Source of the DNA: Octopus vulgaris
Lineage: Eukaryota
NCBI GenBank assembly: GCA_951406725.2
Contig: OX597815.1
Coordinates: 170,996,001-171,060,000, forward strand
Direction of reading: 5' to 3'
DNA: 64,000 nt
Shown: one piece after another, positions 13,298 to 25,782 of the stretch
How positions within the stretch are numbered: the first letter of the stretch is position 1
How the letters are laid out: each line of letters starts with the position of its first letter
Position numbers and translations under genes: made by a program
Notes under the pieces: model-generated
The model's database searches: none
What the model was told of the DNA's origin: nothing
The model's input: the letters and a program-made list of their open reading frames with translations, nothing else

Positions 13298-13316
13298 CAG
13301 CAGCAGTAGTAGCAGC

Positions 13317-13357
<41 letters not shown>

Positions 13358-13590
13358 CAGTAGTAGTTGCAGCAGCAACAGCAGTAGTATACTACTGCTA
13401 CTGCTACTACTAAGAGGTAGTAGTTGTGGTGGTGGTTGTGGTGGTGGTTGTGGTGGTGATTGTAGTGATGGTAGTTGCGGTGGTGGTGATGGCAGCAGTA
13501 GAATTTGTAGCATTAATAGCAGCAGCAGTAACATCATCATCTGTAGCAGCAGTAACATCATCATCTGCAGCAGCAGAAGTATAATAATCA
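13250..13590. repeat. Compound trinucleotide repeat (AGT/AGC/GGT)n
   Basis: Source of the poly-Ser/Val/Leu ORFs. Confidence 0.95.
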
Positions 13591-13805
13591 TTCTTTTCTA
13601 ATTTAGACACAAGGCTCGAAATTTGAGGGAGGTGGGGCAGACTATTAGATCAACCCTAGTACGCAACTGGTACAGAATTTATCGAACCCGAAATGATGAA
13701 AGGTAAAGTCGACCTCGGTGGAATTTGAACTCACAACGTAACGCAGACGAAATACCGCTAAGCATTTCGCCCAGCGTGGTAACGTTTCTGCCAGTTCACC
13801 GCCTT
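13590..13805 (-). mobile_element. SINE family B
   Basis: Reverse complement of the family B consensus; flanks AGTATAATAA and AGTATAATTA resemble a TSD. Confidence 0.88.
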
Positions 13806-13984
13806 AGTATAATTATTAGATGAACTGTAAGCAGCAGATTTTTTTTCCCTCGTTCAAAGGCAAATGTGAGGTGGGGATGCATTAGGAATAGTGCAGGGAT
13901 GACATGAAATGAGATTCACTGTATACCCGTGGGTTAATACGTAATCAATATCATATAGAGATGTAACTTGAAATGGGAGTAGTC

Positions 13985-14795
13985 TTTTACCTTTTTATCT
14001 TTTCAGTCATTAGCCTGCGGCCATGCCAGGGGCCCTGCCTTGATGCATTTTTAACCGAATTGATCGACCACAGGACATATTTTTTGTTAAGCTTGGCGCT
14101 TATTCTCTCTGCCAATTTTTGCCAAGCTAAGTTAAGAGGACGTAAACATATTAACACCAGCTGTCACAGGTGACACACACAGACACACACACACACACAC
14201 ACACACATTTACAGGCGCAAATTTGGCTGTTTGGTAAGAAGCTTGCTTCCCAAACACAAGGTTACGAGCTCAGTTCCACTGCGTGGCACCTTGGGCAAGT
14301 ATCTTCTACTATAGCCTCGGGCCGAGCAAAGTTTTGTGAGTGGATTTTGTAGACGGAAAAACAAGCCCATCGTGTATGTATATGTGTGTGTGTGTGTGTG
14401 CGTGCGCATGTATTTATGAGTTTGTGTCTGTGTGTATCCCCACCATCGTTTGACAACCGATGTTGGTATGTTTACGTCCCAGTAACTTAGCGGTTCGGCA
14501 AAAGCGACGATAGAAAAGCTTACAAAGAATAGGTCCTAGGGTCGATTTCTGCGACTAAAACATTTTAAGGTGGTGCTCCAGCATGGCCTCAGTTCAATGA
14601 CTGAAACATATAAAAGAACAAAGAACATACAAACGACGGGCCTTTTTCAGTTTCCATCCACCAAATCCACTCCTGACAAGTTTTTGGTCGGCCCGAAGTT
14701 GCATTAAAAGATTCTTGCCCAAGGTGCCTTGAGGCGGGACAACCCAGAACCATGTGGTTGGGAAGCAAGCTTCTTACCACGCAGCTACGGCGGGC
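13985..14795 (-). mobile_element. SINE family A split by a nested plus-strand family A copy
   Basis: The 3' half is at 13985-14170 and the 5' half at 14630-14795, both on the minus strand, separated at the central (CA)n. Confidence 0.8.
14212..14620 (+). mobile_element. SINE family A (full length, nested)
   Basis: TGGCTGT..GGTAAG head, CACCTTGGGCAAGT CORE-like block, central (TG)n, GCTCCAGCATGGCC..ATGACTGAAAC tail. Confidence 0.9.
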
Positions 14796-15395
14796 CTATT
14801 TTTCTATTGTTTTTTTTTTTTTCTTTTTTACAGTAGTACTTTACATTTGGAGTTCAATTCCTGCTGAGGTCAACAAGGAGTTTCTTCATGCCAGCTATGA
14901 ATATGATAAGCCAGTACCAATCAAATATTACGGTCGGATGAATTGATTGCTGATCTGTGCCAAAAGCTATAGGCCGGCCAGTATAACAAAAAACAAAGGT
15001 TACCTGTATAGGCAAGGGTTACCGACAGCAGGTGATATAAATCTGTCAGTACATCATTACCTATGTATAACATCCGCTTCTATTACTGCCAAGGAAACTT
15101 GGATACACACCGCTAATACCATGTGCGAACACAAATATATAAATATATATATACATCTTGTCATATACACATTCCCTCTTCTTCAATCACTTTCTCTTTC
15201 TCTCTACCTCTTTATTTCTTTCTTTCTTTCTTTCTCTTTCCCTCCACTCTTTCCGTTAAAATCGGATCTCATTGAAACAGAAAAAGACGGCTAATTATAA
15301 ACAAATTTAATTATTAATTATATATCGCAATTGGTGACCTATAGTGCTATTGGTTACAGGTTTCTGACGCACCAATCCCTGATTTTGCATTTTAG

Positions 15396-15581
15396 ACAAC
15401 AATAATGACAAGGTGTAACTTTAACTCGATGCAGAACGATTGTTGCAATACTTGCGGCTATGAAGTTCATTGTGCAGCCACGTTCGATATCACTGCACGG
15501 CGCATGATCAAGTATCGTATAGCATTGTCTCCAGTTACTCAAAGTCTTCTGGGTGGAATTCAGCAGATGATTACTTCGTAG
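15396..15581 (+). other. Candidate coding exon / small ORF (unassigned)
   Basis: TTTTGCATTTTAG acceptor followed by 61 open codons (TTIMTRCNFNSMQNDCCNTCGYEVHC...QQMITS*) in non-repetitive DNA; no homology recognised. Confidence 0.2.
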
Positions 15582-15610
15582 TCGCTTATAGCACAAGCGA
15601 ATGTGTATGC

Positions 15611-15730
<120 letters not shown>

Positions 15731-16059
15731 GTGTGTGCGCGCGTCCGTGCATATGTGTATGTGTATATCAAGCGCCAATGCATGCCATCGAGAAAAAAAG
15801 CAAAAAGCCATTCCACTTTGAACAATGTCTTGCGGTATTTGTTCTAATGAAAACTGCAGACACTTTCTTGTGATTCCTTTCGTTAGAATTGTGGTAAACC
15901 TGTGATTTGCTTGGTGTTGAAATTTTCAACCAACAACGTTTATTGTTCACAAGTTGGTATATAGATAAATAAATAAATATAAACCTTGTTTTCCTTACCT
16001 AAGACATAGAAAAAGCACGCGCGTGCACACTATCTATATATATATATATATATATGGAG

Positions 16060-16142
<83 letters not shown>

Positions 16143-17554
16143 AAGATAGATAGATATGAGCGAACAAACAAGAGAGGGACATTGAGAAATTGAGAATGTG
16201 AAAGAAAACGAGCGAGAGCAAAGGTAAGAAAGAGCGAGTGAGTTAGCGAGAGAGAGATGGATGAAAATAAGAACGGAAATGTGAGTGTGAGAAAGAGAAA
16301 AGGTTTTACATTCCTTCAGAAACTAGCGCAATTTGTTGGCTAGCCCGGTTGTCATCATATAAATAAATACACAACAAGAACGAAGAATAAAAACAGAAAA
16401 TTTACAGAGCTGTCGCTGACTAAAAATTAGTACTAATCGTTGAAGCTGGACACAATTTAAGAGCTTCGACCTTTCTATATATATAAATGGCTAAGACTAA
16501 TTAAGGTCAGTAATCGAGACAAGTAACAATTACCTAAACATCTGCTGAGCTAAGAGTTTACTTCATGATCTGTAGCTTGCTTGTTTCTTTGTTTTGTTTG
16601 TTTTTACCTTACTTTGTATGTATACAAATGCTAACTTTGCACAGCAACAAAATTAAAGCACGAGACTTAAACCTCTTTTCTAACTTGTTCGATTGCCCCT
16701 CTTCCTTTCTATAGAAATTATCATAATATTAGTCATTCTGTTCAATTCCTTTTTAAATGAACTATACTCCTCTTTTCTTTTTCTTAATCTCTCTCTCTCT
16801 CTATCTTATCCTATATTCTTTCCTCCTTTTGTGTTTTTTTTTATATTTCATTTCGATTCTTATTTGGTTAAGCAAATGAAATAACTAGAAAAAAAAACGC
16901 TAATTTATAAAGTAGGCTATCAATTTATCGTAAGATTATCGCAGGTCATTTCTTATTCTTGTATATTCATTGTAGCAGAACGATTGAGACTAATTGGTAA
17001 TTTGTGTCTTTTTTTTTATTATTAGAAAATGGCATTGAAGAAGTCTAGCCAGTTAATGTTGATATCGTAGTCAAAAGCCTTTTTATTTTATTTTATTCAT
17101 TGTGGAACAATATTGCTAGATGCATTGTGATGAGTTAATGATTGCTGGTATTATTGTGTAGACACTATGACGCACTACTTTTTATAAAGAACTATCGCAA
17201 TTTCTTAGAAAACAGATAGATAAATAGATAAGCAGATTGATAGATATTTCCGAATGAATTGCTATCGGTATTCATGCACTAGCTCCAATGACTATTAGTA
17301 TAACTGATGAAAAAAGTATTTTGAAATATGGATGATGCAATAGATTTTAAGCTGTTATTCATACTGTAGACCGGCAGCGTTCACTAATGTTTATCATTTA
17401 ACATATTAAAACGTTTACCTTACGGGAGTTAGTAAATGAAGCAGATTCATGAATTTCAAAAATGGAGTATTTTTAAAGTTATGTAAGTCTTTATATAAGA
17501 GTTGTATTAATTACCTTTTCCTAAAGGTTTGATCATCTTCTATAATAATCCTTT

Positions 17555-17980
17555 TTTCTATAGGCGCAAGGCCTGAAATTCTTCTTCTATAGGCACAAGG
17601 CCTGGAGTCGATTACACCGACTCCAATGCTCAGCTGATACTTATTTTATCGACGTCGAAATGAAGAAAGTCAAAGTCGACCTCGGTGAAATATGAACACA
17701 GAACGTAAAGGGACAAATGAAGTAGTGCTAAGCTTTTTGTCCGACGTGCTAACGATTCTGCCACCACGCCCCCATAATATGTTATCAAAATAATCCTTTC
17801 TACTATAGACACCAGGCCTGAAATTTGGGGGAAGGGGATAAGTCGATTACAACAACCCCAGTGTTCCACTGGTATTTATTTAATCGACCCCGAAAGGACT
17901 TTGAACTGAGAACGTGAAGATGGACAAGATACCACTATGCATTTCGCCCGGCGTGCTAACGATTCTGCCCGTTCACCTCA
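17555..17980 (-). mobile_element. Two tandem SINE family B copies
   Basis: Copies at 17555-17775 and 17795-17980; TATG(T/C)T(A/G)TCAAAATAAT is duplicated around the second copy. Confidence 0.85.
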
Positions 17981-18228
17981 TTTATGCTGTCAAAATAATA
18001 GAAGAAAGTTTTGAATATGATGATTTTCTGAATGCTGAGATTAAATGGTCGATATCAAAAGCAAGAAGAAGGTTAGTGTGATCCTTTTAGTCGACAGAGA
18101 ATTGCTTGTGTGATTTTCAGGGCTGCCACCCGCCAGATCAAGCTTGAAAAAATCCACACAAAATATAAAAAAGAAAAAAGAACATAAAATAGAATGGATT
18201 TATTTGAATTATTCAGAGTAAAGTTCCA

Positions 18229-18362
18229 TCATTTATTGGTGCTTGTTACTTTATTATTATTGTTTCGTTCAAGCCAATCATTAAATTCAAGGTGTTGCAG
18301 TAATTCTTTCTTGAATAACTGGTCATACAATTTCATTTCGTTATTGAGAGCTTGCACGACGA
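18229..18362 (-). CDS. Candidate terminal coding exon of an unidentified gene
   Basis: Minus-strand acceptor TTTTTTCCAG, then phase-1 (x)VVQALNNEMKLYDQLFKKELLQHLEFNDWLERNNNNKVTSTNK*. Protein-like amphipathic composition in unique sequence; no upstream exon identified. Confidence 0.35.
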
Positions 18363-19229
18363 CTGGAAAAAATGCGATATATACGTTACAATACACGACA
18401 GACACCAACATTGGACAGCAGATTTGTTTGGTACAAAGGCCGAATGTAGTACAACTCTCTCTCTCGCACAAACACGCGCATACATTCACATACACACCCA
18501 GGCACACTCACATTCAAACACGCATACACTCATGATCGATCTATGACGTGAAAAATGATGGCTTAAGGAAATTATGTTTTGTTAAGTACTCTTCATTATT
18601 AGATTATTTTTGCTATGATTGTCATTTAAACATTCACACTTCTAAAGGAGTTCATTGGCTACATGAACTAATTGTCCTTAAAGATACAGACAAATAGACA
18701 TTTTCAACTGAACATACCATTATTTCCTTTGCTAATATGTACTTCAAAAACTTTGCTAGAAAATGAGTGACTAACGGCATATGATATTGATATTTGGCTT
18801 ACGTCCTTGTCGTTGATTGTACGAATAAATTTCCTATTAAACAACTATGTTTGATTGATGAGAGATTTTCAATTGATGATGACATTATTTTGCTTACTAA
18901 TATACACTTAGAAAGATAGAGAATTAGATAATTAAATACATCGATATCAAACATTTTGCTGTGTATTTCTACTCATCTTTTTCTTCTTCTCTGTTTAAAG
19001 CTAGCTTTCATTTTAATTTTTGTAATGCTTCACACACACTCTCACTCTCTCTCTCTCTCTTTCTTTCTCTCTCTCTTTCTCTCCTTCTCTCTCTCTTTCT
19101 CTCTCACTCTCACTCACTCATTCACTTTTCCTCGTTACAATGGACCCCGACCCTTTTAATTTCTCTTCTGGTATTGTTATATTCAAAATATACAAAGCGA
19201 AAATAAATAGTTACACATAGTAAATTACC

Positions 19230-19285
<56 letters not shown>

Positions 19286-19326
19286 TTTGCTTCAGTCATT
19301 TGACACATGCCCAAGTTGGCCATATG

Positions 19327-19363
<37 letters not shown>

Positions 19364-19377
19364 TTGTGTGTGTGTAT

Positions 19378-19570
19378 AGGGAGAGTTTACGAAAAAACAA
19401 AAGACGAAGACAGGTGGTGTACAAAACAAACACAGGTATTAGTATAACGCTCAGGAATAGAAAAAGTCTTTTACGTTTCGAGCCTATGCTCTTCTACAGA
19501 AAGGGACACAGAAAAAACAAATAGAGAAAAAATGTGTGCAGTGGCTAACGATCTATCATGGCGACTGGTA
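19378..19570 (-). mobile_element. PLE pseudo-LTR fragment between microsatellites
   Basis: Contains a minimal hammerhead fold; the minus-strand 3' end TTTTCGTAAACTCTCCC abuts TA/(CA)n, similar to the end of the GIY-YIG element. Confidence 0.65.
19468..19503 (-). ncRNA. Minimal hammerhead-like motif, CUGUAGA core variant
   Basis: CUUU-CUGUAGA-A-GAGC-auag-GCUC-GAAA-CGUA-AAAG; all stems perfect, palindromic ACGU, A6 replaced by U. Confidence 0.7.
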
Positions 19571-19574
19571 TAGT

Positions 19575-19612
<38 letters not shown>

Positions 19613-19949
19613 TATACATAAATACGTGTGCGTGTGGTGCATGCGTACGTTTGTGCGTGTGTGTCTGAGAGAGAGAGAGATAAACAGACAGACAGACAGT
19701 TATATAAGTTATATTCAAGAATTATTTAGTTGAGTACAGTAAAATCAAAATTATGAACTATATTTTTCAGAACATAAATTCAGAAATCCTGATAGTTACA
19801 AAACCAAATTTGATGAAGAATCCACCATTTAGCAGTCCTGAGTTGAAAAGATTTTAAAACACTTAGAAATATTGTCAAAGCATTAAGCAAGAACAGAGAT
19901 TAAAGTAACAGCAAATAACTACAAGGATTTTATTTATCTTGATTTGCCC

Positions 19950-19982
<33 letters not shown>

Positions 19983-20899
19983 TTTTTTATTTAGTTTTAG
20001 TACTTGTTGTTGTTGTTGGCAATGCATAAAACACGTGTAACAATAATACGGAGTAGCGTCCATGATTTTGCTAAAGGCATTTGCATATAAAGCAATAAAT
20101 CAGGAAGGAAATAATACCGCGCGTTCAGATAGCTAAGATCCTGTCTATACTATTACATGTATATATAAAGGCTAGTTTCTCCATTTTACAGAGCTGTATC
20201 CCTTTTATTGTCCAGCCACAAGTCTAGCGTTCTAGCCATTAACCGATAAGAAATCAGGTATAATGCATATATTTCTCAACAGCTGAAAAGATATTTGAAC
20301 TTAGAATAAGCTGTTAAGAATGTAAACTTTTTTCTTGTAGTAACTGAATGTGATAATGATGGATATACAGCTCTCAAACTGAATTCATTTTCTAAAAACT
20401 GAAGATATGAAAAGTATTGAAATTATGAGATTATGTATTTTACTCATCATTTATTTTTTTATTCAATACAAGAGAAGGTTATTCTTGTGACCAAAAAGTT
20501 TATTTTTCTTATAGATAGTTGTAAGGATATTCGAGTCACTACAGGCAGTTTGTTAACATATAGATTAGCGTTAATTGTTAAACTGCCATTCATTATTATA
20601 AAATGATGGAGTTAAATCTGTTTGCATCAGAAATATAAGTTAATATCTTAATACCAACTACTGATGAGTATTGGTATAATATAGGGCGTAATAAACCTGA
20701 AAACCTAAGACAGATTAATGTGATTCTACCAAGTAATATAGTAAAGAGACGACTGAATGCACTTGTAAGATATGATTTCGACATAATATAAATAGCAAGT
20801 TAGTAACGACGTCATTGCGAACTACCTTAGCATGATGAATTTGCAGGGTCACGGTGGACAGAAGACTGAAGTGTTTAAACTAGGAATATGTAGATACCA

Positions 20900-21630
20900 G
20901 AAAGCTTACCGCTCCAAAAAATACCAAGAGTTCAACAGCAATTTACAAGTGTAGTAAATATTACCGAATTGTATATAAAGTGAATAACAAGAAAAACTAC
21001 TGCGCAACACAATATCAATCAGAATCCCAACATAGCCATGTTCAACTGAAACTAATACATAGTATTCACAGTCGTAATGTTATCAAAGGTCACAATAAAA
21101 GATAAATGACAACAACAGATAACAGTTTCTAACCAATGCATAAATATTTCATTGGGGGGAAAAGTGAACCTGTTTTGCATAACTTGAAATCACACAGAAA
21201 AGATTCCATTGTATTTTCGCTCTAAATAAGAGCATATACTATTTACAAACGCCAACACCACATGCTGCGAAGAATTTTCAGTAATAGAAAAGAAAGACAT
21301 TATACGAAATGGGTTAAAGGATGAGAATCATCTAAATATATTCCGGAAGGAAAGAAACATTCAACAGAAATCAACAACAGTGATAAAACTAACAACTTTT
21401 TTGTTTTCTACACAGGGAATCATGAAGTGAATGGAGACTAGATATAATAAATAATCAAAGATGTAATCGTGTAGCGGTAGGAAAATTTGAAGTTCCTTTG
21501 AGACCATATGTGCAGATAGACAGTTGTAAAGGCTATCACCGACTGAAAACAGGGAGCCCAAACATTGCTCATAAATAAAATATATACAGCTGCAGGAGCC
21601 GATGTCTGAAAAGTCGATCTACTCACAATA
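20900..21630 (+). pseudogene. Possible decayed LINE ORF1 (gag-like) relic
   Basis: A-rich strand bias; fragments TVIKLT and EVPLRPYVQ resemble I/Jockey-group ORF1 upstream of the zinc knuckles; heavily disrupted. Confidence 0.2.
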
Positions 21631-21994
21631 TTTATTCAGCTTGTGTGTATGCAAGTATGTCTTGACTCTATCAAATCTGTGAATATATTTGAAGATTTAA
21701 CATACTCCACCGAATTTTGTGAGGTGTCTTTCCTCAACTGATCTTTGTGACTAAATTTCTAGATTAATTGCGCGTTTACTCATTAAACACTATTTTCCAT
21801 TTCTCTGTTTAGTTCAGATCATTTTTCTATTTTATTTATTTGTGTATGTGCATGTGTGTGTATGTGTGTGCGCGCGCATTCATGTGCGTGCGTGTGCGTG
21901 TGTGTGTGGACGGGGGTGCGAGCGAAACCTGTGCAATAAGAGCGTTTCTCTTTGTTTGCACACTCATGTAATTATTAGGTTATTATTCCAAGAT

Positions 21995-22554
21995 GGCTCA
22001 TTGGTTAGAGCATCGAGGTTACGATCGTGGGGTTGTAAGTTCGAATCCTGGACCGGGCTGCGTGTAGTGTTCTTGAGCAACACACTATATTTCACGTTGC
22101 TCCAGTTCACTCAGCTGTAGAAATGAGTTGCGACGTCACAGGTGCCAAGCTGTATCGGCCGTTGTCTAACCCTTGGATAACACTGGTGGCGTGGAGAGGG
22201 GAAGCCGGTATGCGAGCTGGCAGAAGCGTTAGCACACCGGGCGAAATGCTTTGCGGTATTTCGTCTGCCGATACGCTGTGAGTTCAAATTCCGCCGAGGT
22301 CGACTTTGCCTTTCATCCTTTCGGGGTCGATAAATTAAGCACCAGTTACGCACTGGGGTCGATGTAATCGACTTAATACCTATGTCTGTCCTTGTTTGTC
22401 CCCTCTATGTTTAGCCCCTTGTGGGTAATGAAGAAATAGGTATGCATGGGCGACTGCTGGTCTTCCATAAACAACTTTGCCCGGACTTGTGCCTGGGAGA
22501 GTAACTTTCTAGGTGCAATCCCATGGTCAGTCATAACCGAAGAGGGTCTCAGTA
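21995..22554 (+). mobile_element. SINE family C interrupted by family B
   Basis: TSD TATTCCAAGAT at 21984 and 22555; B-box GTTCGAATCC. Confidence 0.9.
22214..22438 (+). mobile_element. SINE family B nested in family C
   Basis: TSD GGTATGC at 22207 and 22439. Confidence 0.92.
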
Positions 22555-22659
22555 TATTCCAAGATTCTTACAGAAAATAGAATAAGACCACTGAATATAT
22601 ACATTGTTTTCACAAACTTTAGCCCTTACTTCTTCGCCCCTTCTACGCCTCGATTGTCC

Positions 22660-23051
22660 TGCTCTGAAGAAAAAGCAGCAGTCAAAGTGTAAGTTTTAAA
22701 AACAGTGCTTCGAAACCACAGCACAACAGCAGGTTTTACAAATCACAGCATCTTCATCATAACATCTTCAAATGACAGATTATCATCTATAGATATACAT
22801 ATACAAATTTGCAAACAAAGAAAAAATGCAATAACAAATCTCTGAACAAGGTATAAACAGTAGCTGCACGACAATGTGAAGTATATTTGCCACTTAAATG
22901 TGGCTAACCACTAAGGGTGGATGCTACTGTAGCTTGATAGCGCACAGAAAGTGTGTCAATAGCCGGCTAGAGAAGATGTTCTGGGGATACGATCTACAGT
23001 AGCATCCATCCTTAATGGTTAGCCACATTTAAGAGCCAAATATACTTCACA
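22660..23051 (+). mobile_element. PLE-type remnant: decayed hammerhead plus 58-bp inverted repeat
   Basis: TGCT-CTGAAGA..AAGCA...TGCTT-C-GAAA-CCAC-AGCA (22660-22723; cleavage triplet lost); inverted repeat 22875-22932 / 22994-23051. Confidence 0.55.
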
Positions 23052-23599
23052 AAGAAAAAAAATGATTTCTTTTAAATTAATAAACAAGGAATGTTCTACG
23101 TGGTCGCTTAACCTGCAAGAAATAGTAACCAAATATCACTCTGATCACATTCTCATGTCACACCGTCTGAAAGAAAGTCATATTATAGTTACGGTAACCC
23201 TGTGTTTGAATAATAAAAGGAATGGTCAAGAATGGAATGTCATTGATTATATGCTCGCTTAGCTAGATCTGGCCTAGAACTAAACAGTAGCTTCTCTATT
23301 AAATGTTAAATTGATTTTCTTAGATTGTCATTGTTACCAATGTAATTTCATCACACACATTCACGTTACAACCATACAAACACACAGTCTAAATGTTAAT
23401 CGTTGTTAATCATTAGGAACCAACCTGTCGCAAATTTCACTGTGCATGTGTTCTTTTGTATTGAAGTCCAACACCTTGATGAACGTAAGAGATCCATTGT
23501 AATTAGAGTTATCAGCGTGTGTACACATCTGAAATTAAAAACAAAATAGAAATAGAAATAGAAATACAATGCCGAGTGTATATTTGCATGTGTGTGTGT

Positions 23600-23601
23600 A
23601 G

Positions 23602-23654
<53 letters not shown>

Positions 23655-23732
23655 GTATGTGTGCGTGTGTTTGTGTATTATATGTGTGTGTATATATATA
23701 TATTTATGTATATATGTATATATATATGTATG

Positions 23733-23787
<55 letters not shown>

Positions 23788-23804
23788 ATATATATATGTA
23801 TATA

Positions 23805-23845
<41 letters not shown>

Positions 23846-23904
23846 AAATATATATATATGTATATATATCTATATATATATATGTATGTATATATATATA
23901 TATA

Positions 23905-23952
<48 letters not shown>

Positions 23953-24030
23953 TAAAACGGTAAGATAACAAAAGAAAACAAAATATATATATATATATAT
24001 ATATACATATATACATATATATGTATGTAT
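23600..24030. repeat. Long (TA/TG)n compound microsatellite
   Basis: Direct inspection; contains a non-repeat island of about 35 nt at 23950-23983. Confidence 0.95.
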
Positions 24031-24944
24031 ACAATTTGTGCAGCCAAAAGCATATAAGACAAAAAAAACAATTTCAACCTATTTTTGATAAGTGAGAAAT
24101 ATATTGTTGCATTTGTGGTGTATTAAACAGGAGGTTTATAATAAGCGAAATGAATAAGAAATTGTAAAGTTTTGGCACCACTGACGTATATGTTGTGTAG
24201 AGCTTCTAATCGAAAATCCTTGAGATTTAGCTTCTAAAATATAACACTTCCCTAATTACGTCAGCAAATTCGTATAAGATATTTGGAACTTCGGTGTGTG
24301 ACCAATCACGTACGAAGTAATATTGACATAGAAATGTTAGAGATTATCTTGAGAAATGCTTCCATTTTCCTATTCGCCATGTATTTCTTGATTACTAATA
24401 GATATCATTCTCATAAAGATAGATTTTACACGCAAGAAATAGATTATCTGCTTCCTTACAATAGAGAAAAAATTTAATTTTGTGTCAGAATAATAGCAAA
24501 TGCGAAATGGCCTGGAGCATGTTGATAATCGTGAAATTCTTATTTGCATTTAATACTTTAGATTAGCAAACACTAACAGAAAATATGCACAAGACCATGA
24601 TTTACAATATGGTAAGAATGCAAACTTTGGGATCTTCGGCAGGACATATATCTCGTTAAGGCCAGGATTCAGCATCAGAAAGGTTTCGCAGGGCGGGAAA
24701 AATTCTATAGAAGAACAGAATTTGCCCACGCGACATCTTTCCACTCTCTACTCTATCGATGTTGTCCGAGGGAAGTGAAAGAGCTGCCAGAAGTATCACA
24801 AGAATGCCGAAGTCAACTTTGAAATACTTTACAGATAGCAGCTTTTGTTGTGGAATCCATCAAATCGATCCCATTGCTTGAATGATACTGTAACTTTCAC
24901 ATGTGAGATTGCAGATGGTGTTTTTTTTGTTTTTTGTTGTTTTT

Positions 24945-25495
24945 TTTTGCCGAGGTTGACTTTGCCTTTCTTCCTTTCGGGGCCAATAAAATAAGTACTA
25001 GCTGAGCACATGGGCCGACGTAATCGACTTAGCCACTCCCTCGAAATTGCAGGCCTTATGCTAAAATTTGAAACCGATATTACAGATGGTATATACTATA
25101 TTCCATTGAATATATTCTTTTCTACTCTAGGCACCAGGCCTGAAATTTTGGGAAAGGGGACTAGTCGATTAGATCGACCCAGTACGCAGCTAGTACGTAA
25201 TTTATCGATCCCGAAAGGATGAAAGGCAAAGTCGACCTCGGCGGAATTTGAACTCAGAACGTAACGACAGACGAAGTGCCTATTTCTTTACTACCCACAA
25301 GGGGCTAAACACAGAGAGGACAAATAAGGACATACAAACGGATTAAGTCGATTATATCGACTCCAGTGCGTAACTGGTACTTATTTAATCGACCAAAGTC
25401 GAGCTCGGCGGAATTTGAACTCAGAACGTAGCGGCAGACGAAATACCGCTAAGTACTTCGCCCGACGTGCTAACGTTTCTGCTAGCTCACCGCCT
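24945..25495. mobile_element. Cluster of three SINE family B copies (+, -, -)
   Basis: 24945-25078 plus; 25115-25280 and 25281-25495 minus. Confidence 0.85.
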
Positions 25496-25675
25496 TATTC
25501 CAATGAATATATTATGATTTTGCGAAAGACAAGTGAAGAATTTTATTCTATTATTGTATGTGTGGGAAAGGTTGACACCTCTGTGTGCACGTATGTGTGT
25601 ATAAGTATAAATGTATGAATGCATGCATGTATATACGTATAACTCATTTCTCTCTCCCACTCTTTCTGTCTGTCT

Positions 25676-25782
<107 letters not shown>

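Noticed and set aside
13095-13610. Poly-Ser/Gly-Cys ORF resembling a structural protein
   Set aside because: Compound trinucleotide microsatellite open in several frames on both strands.
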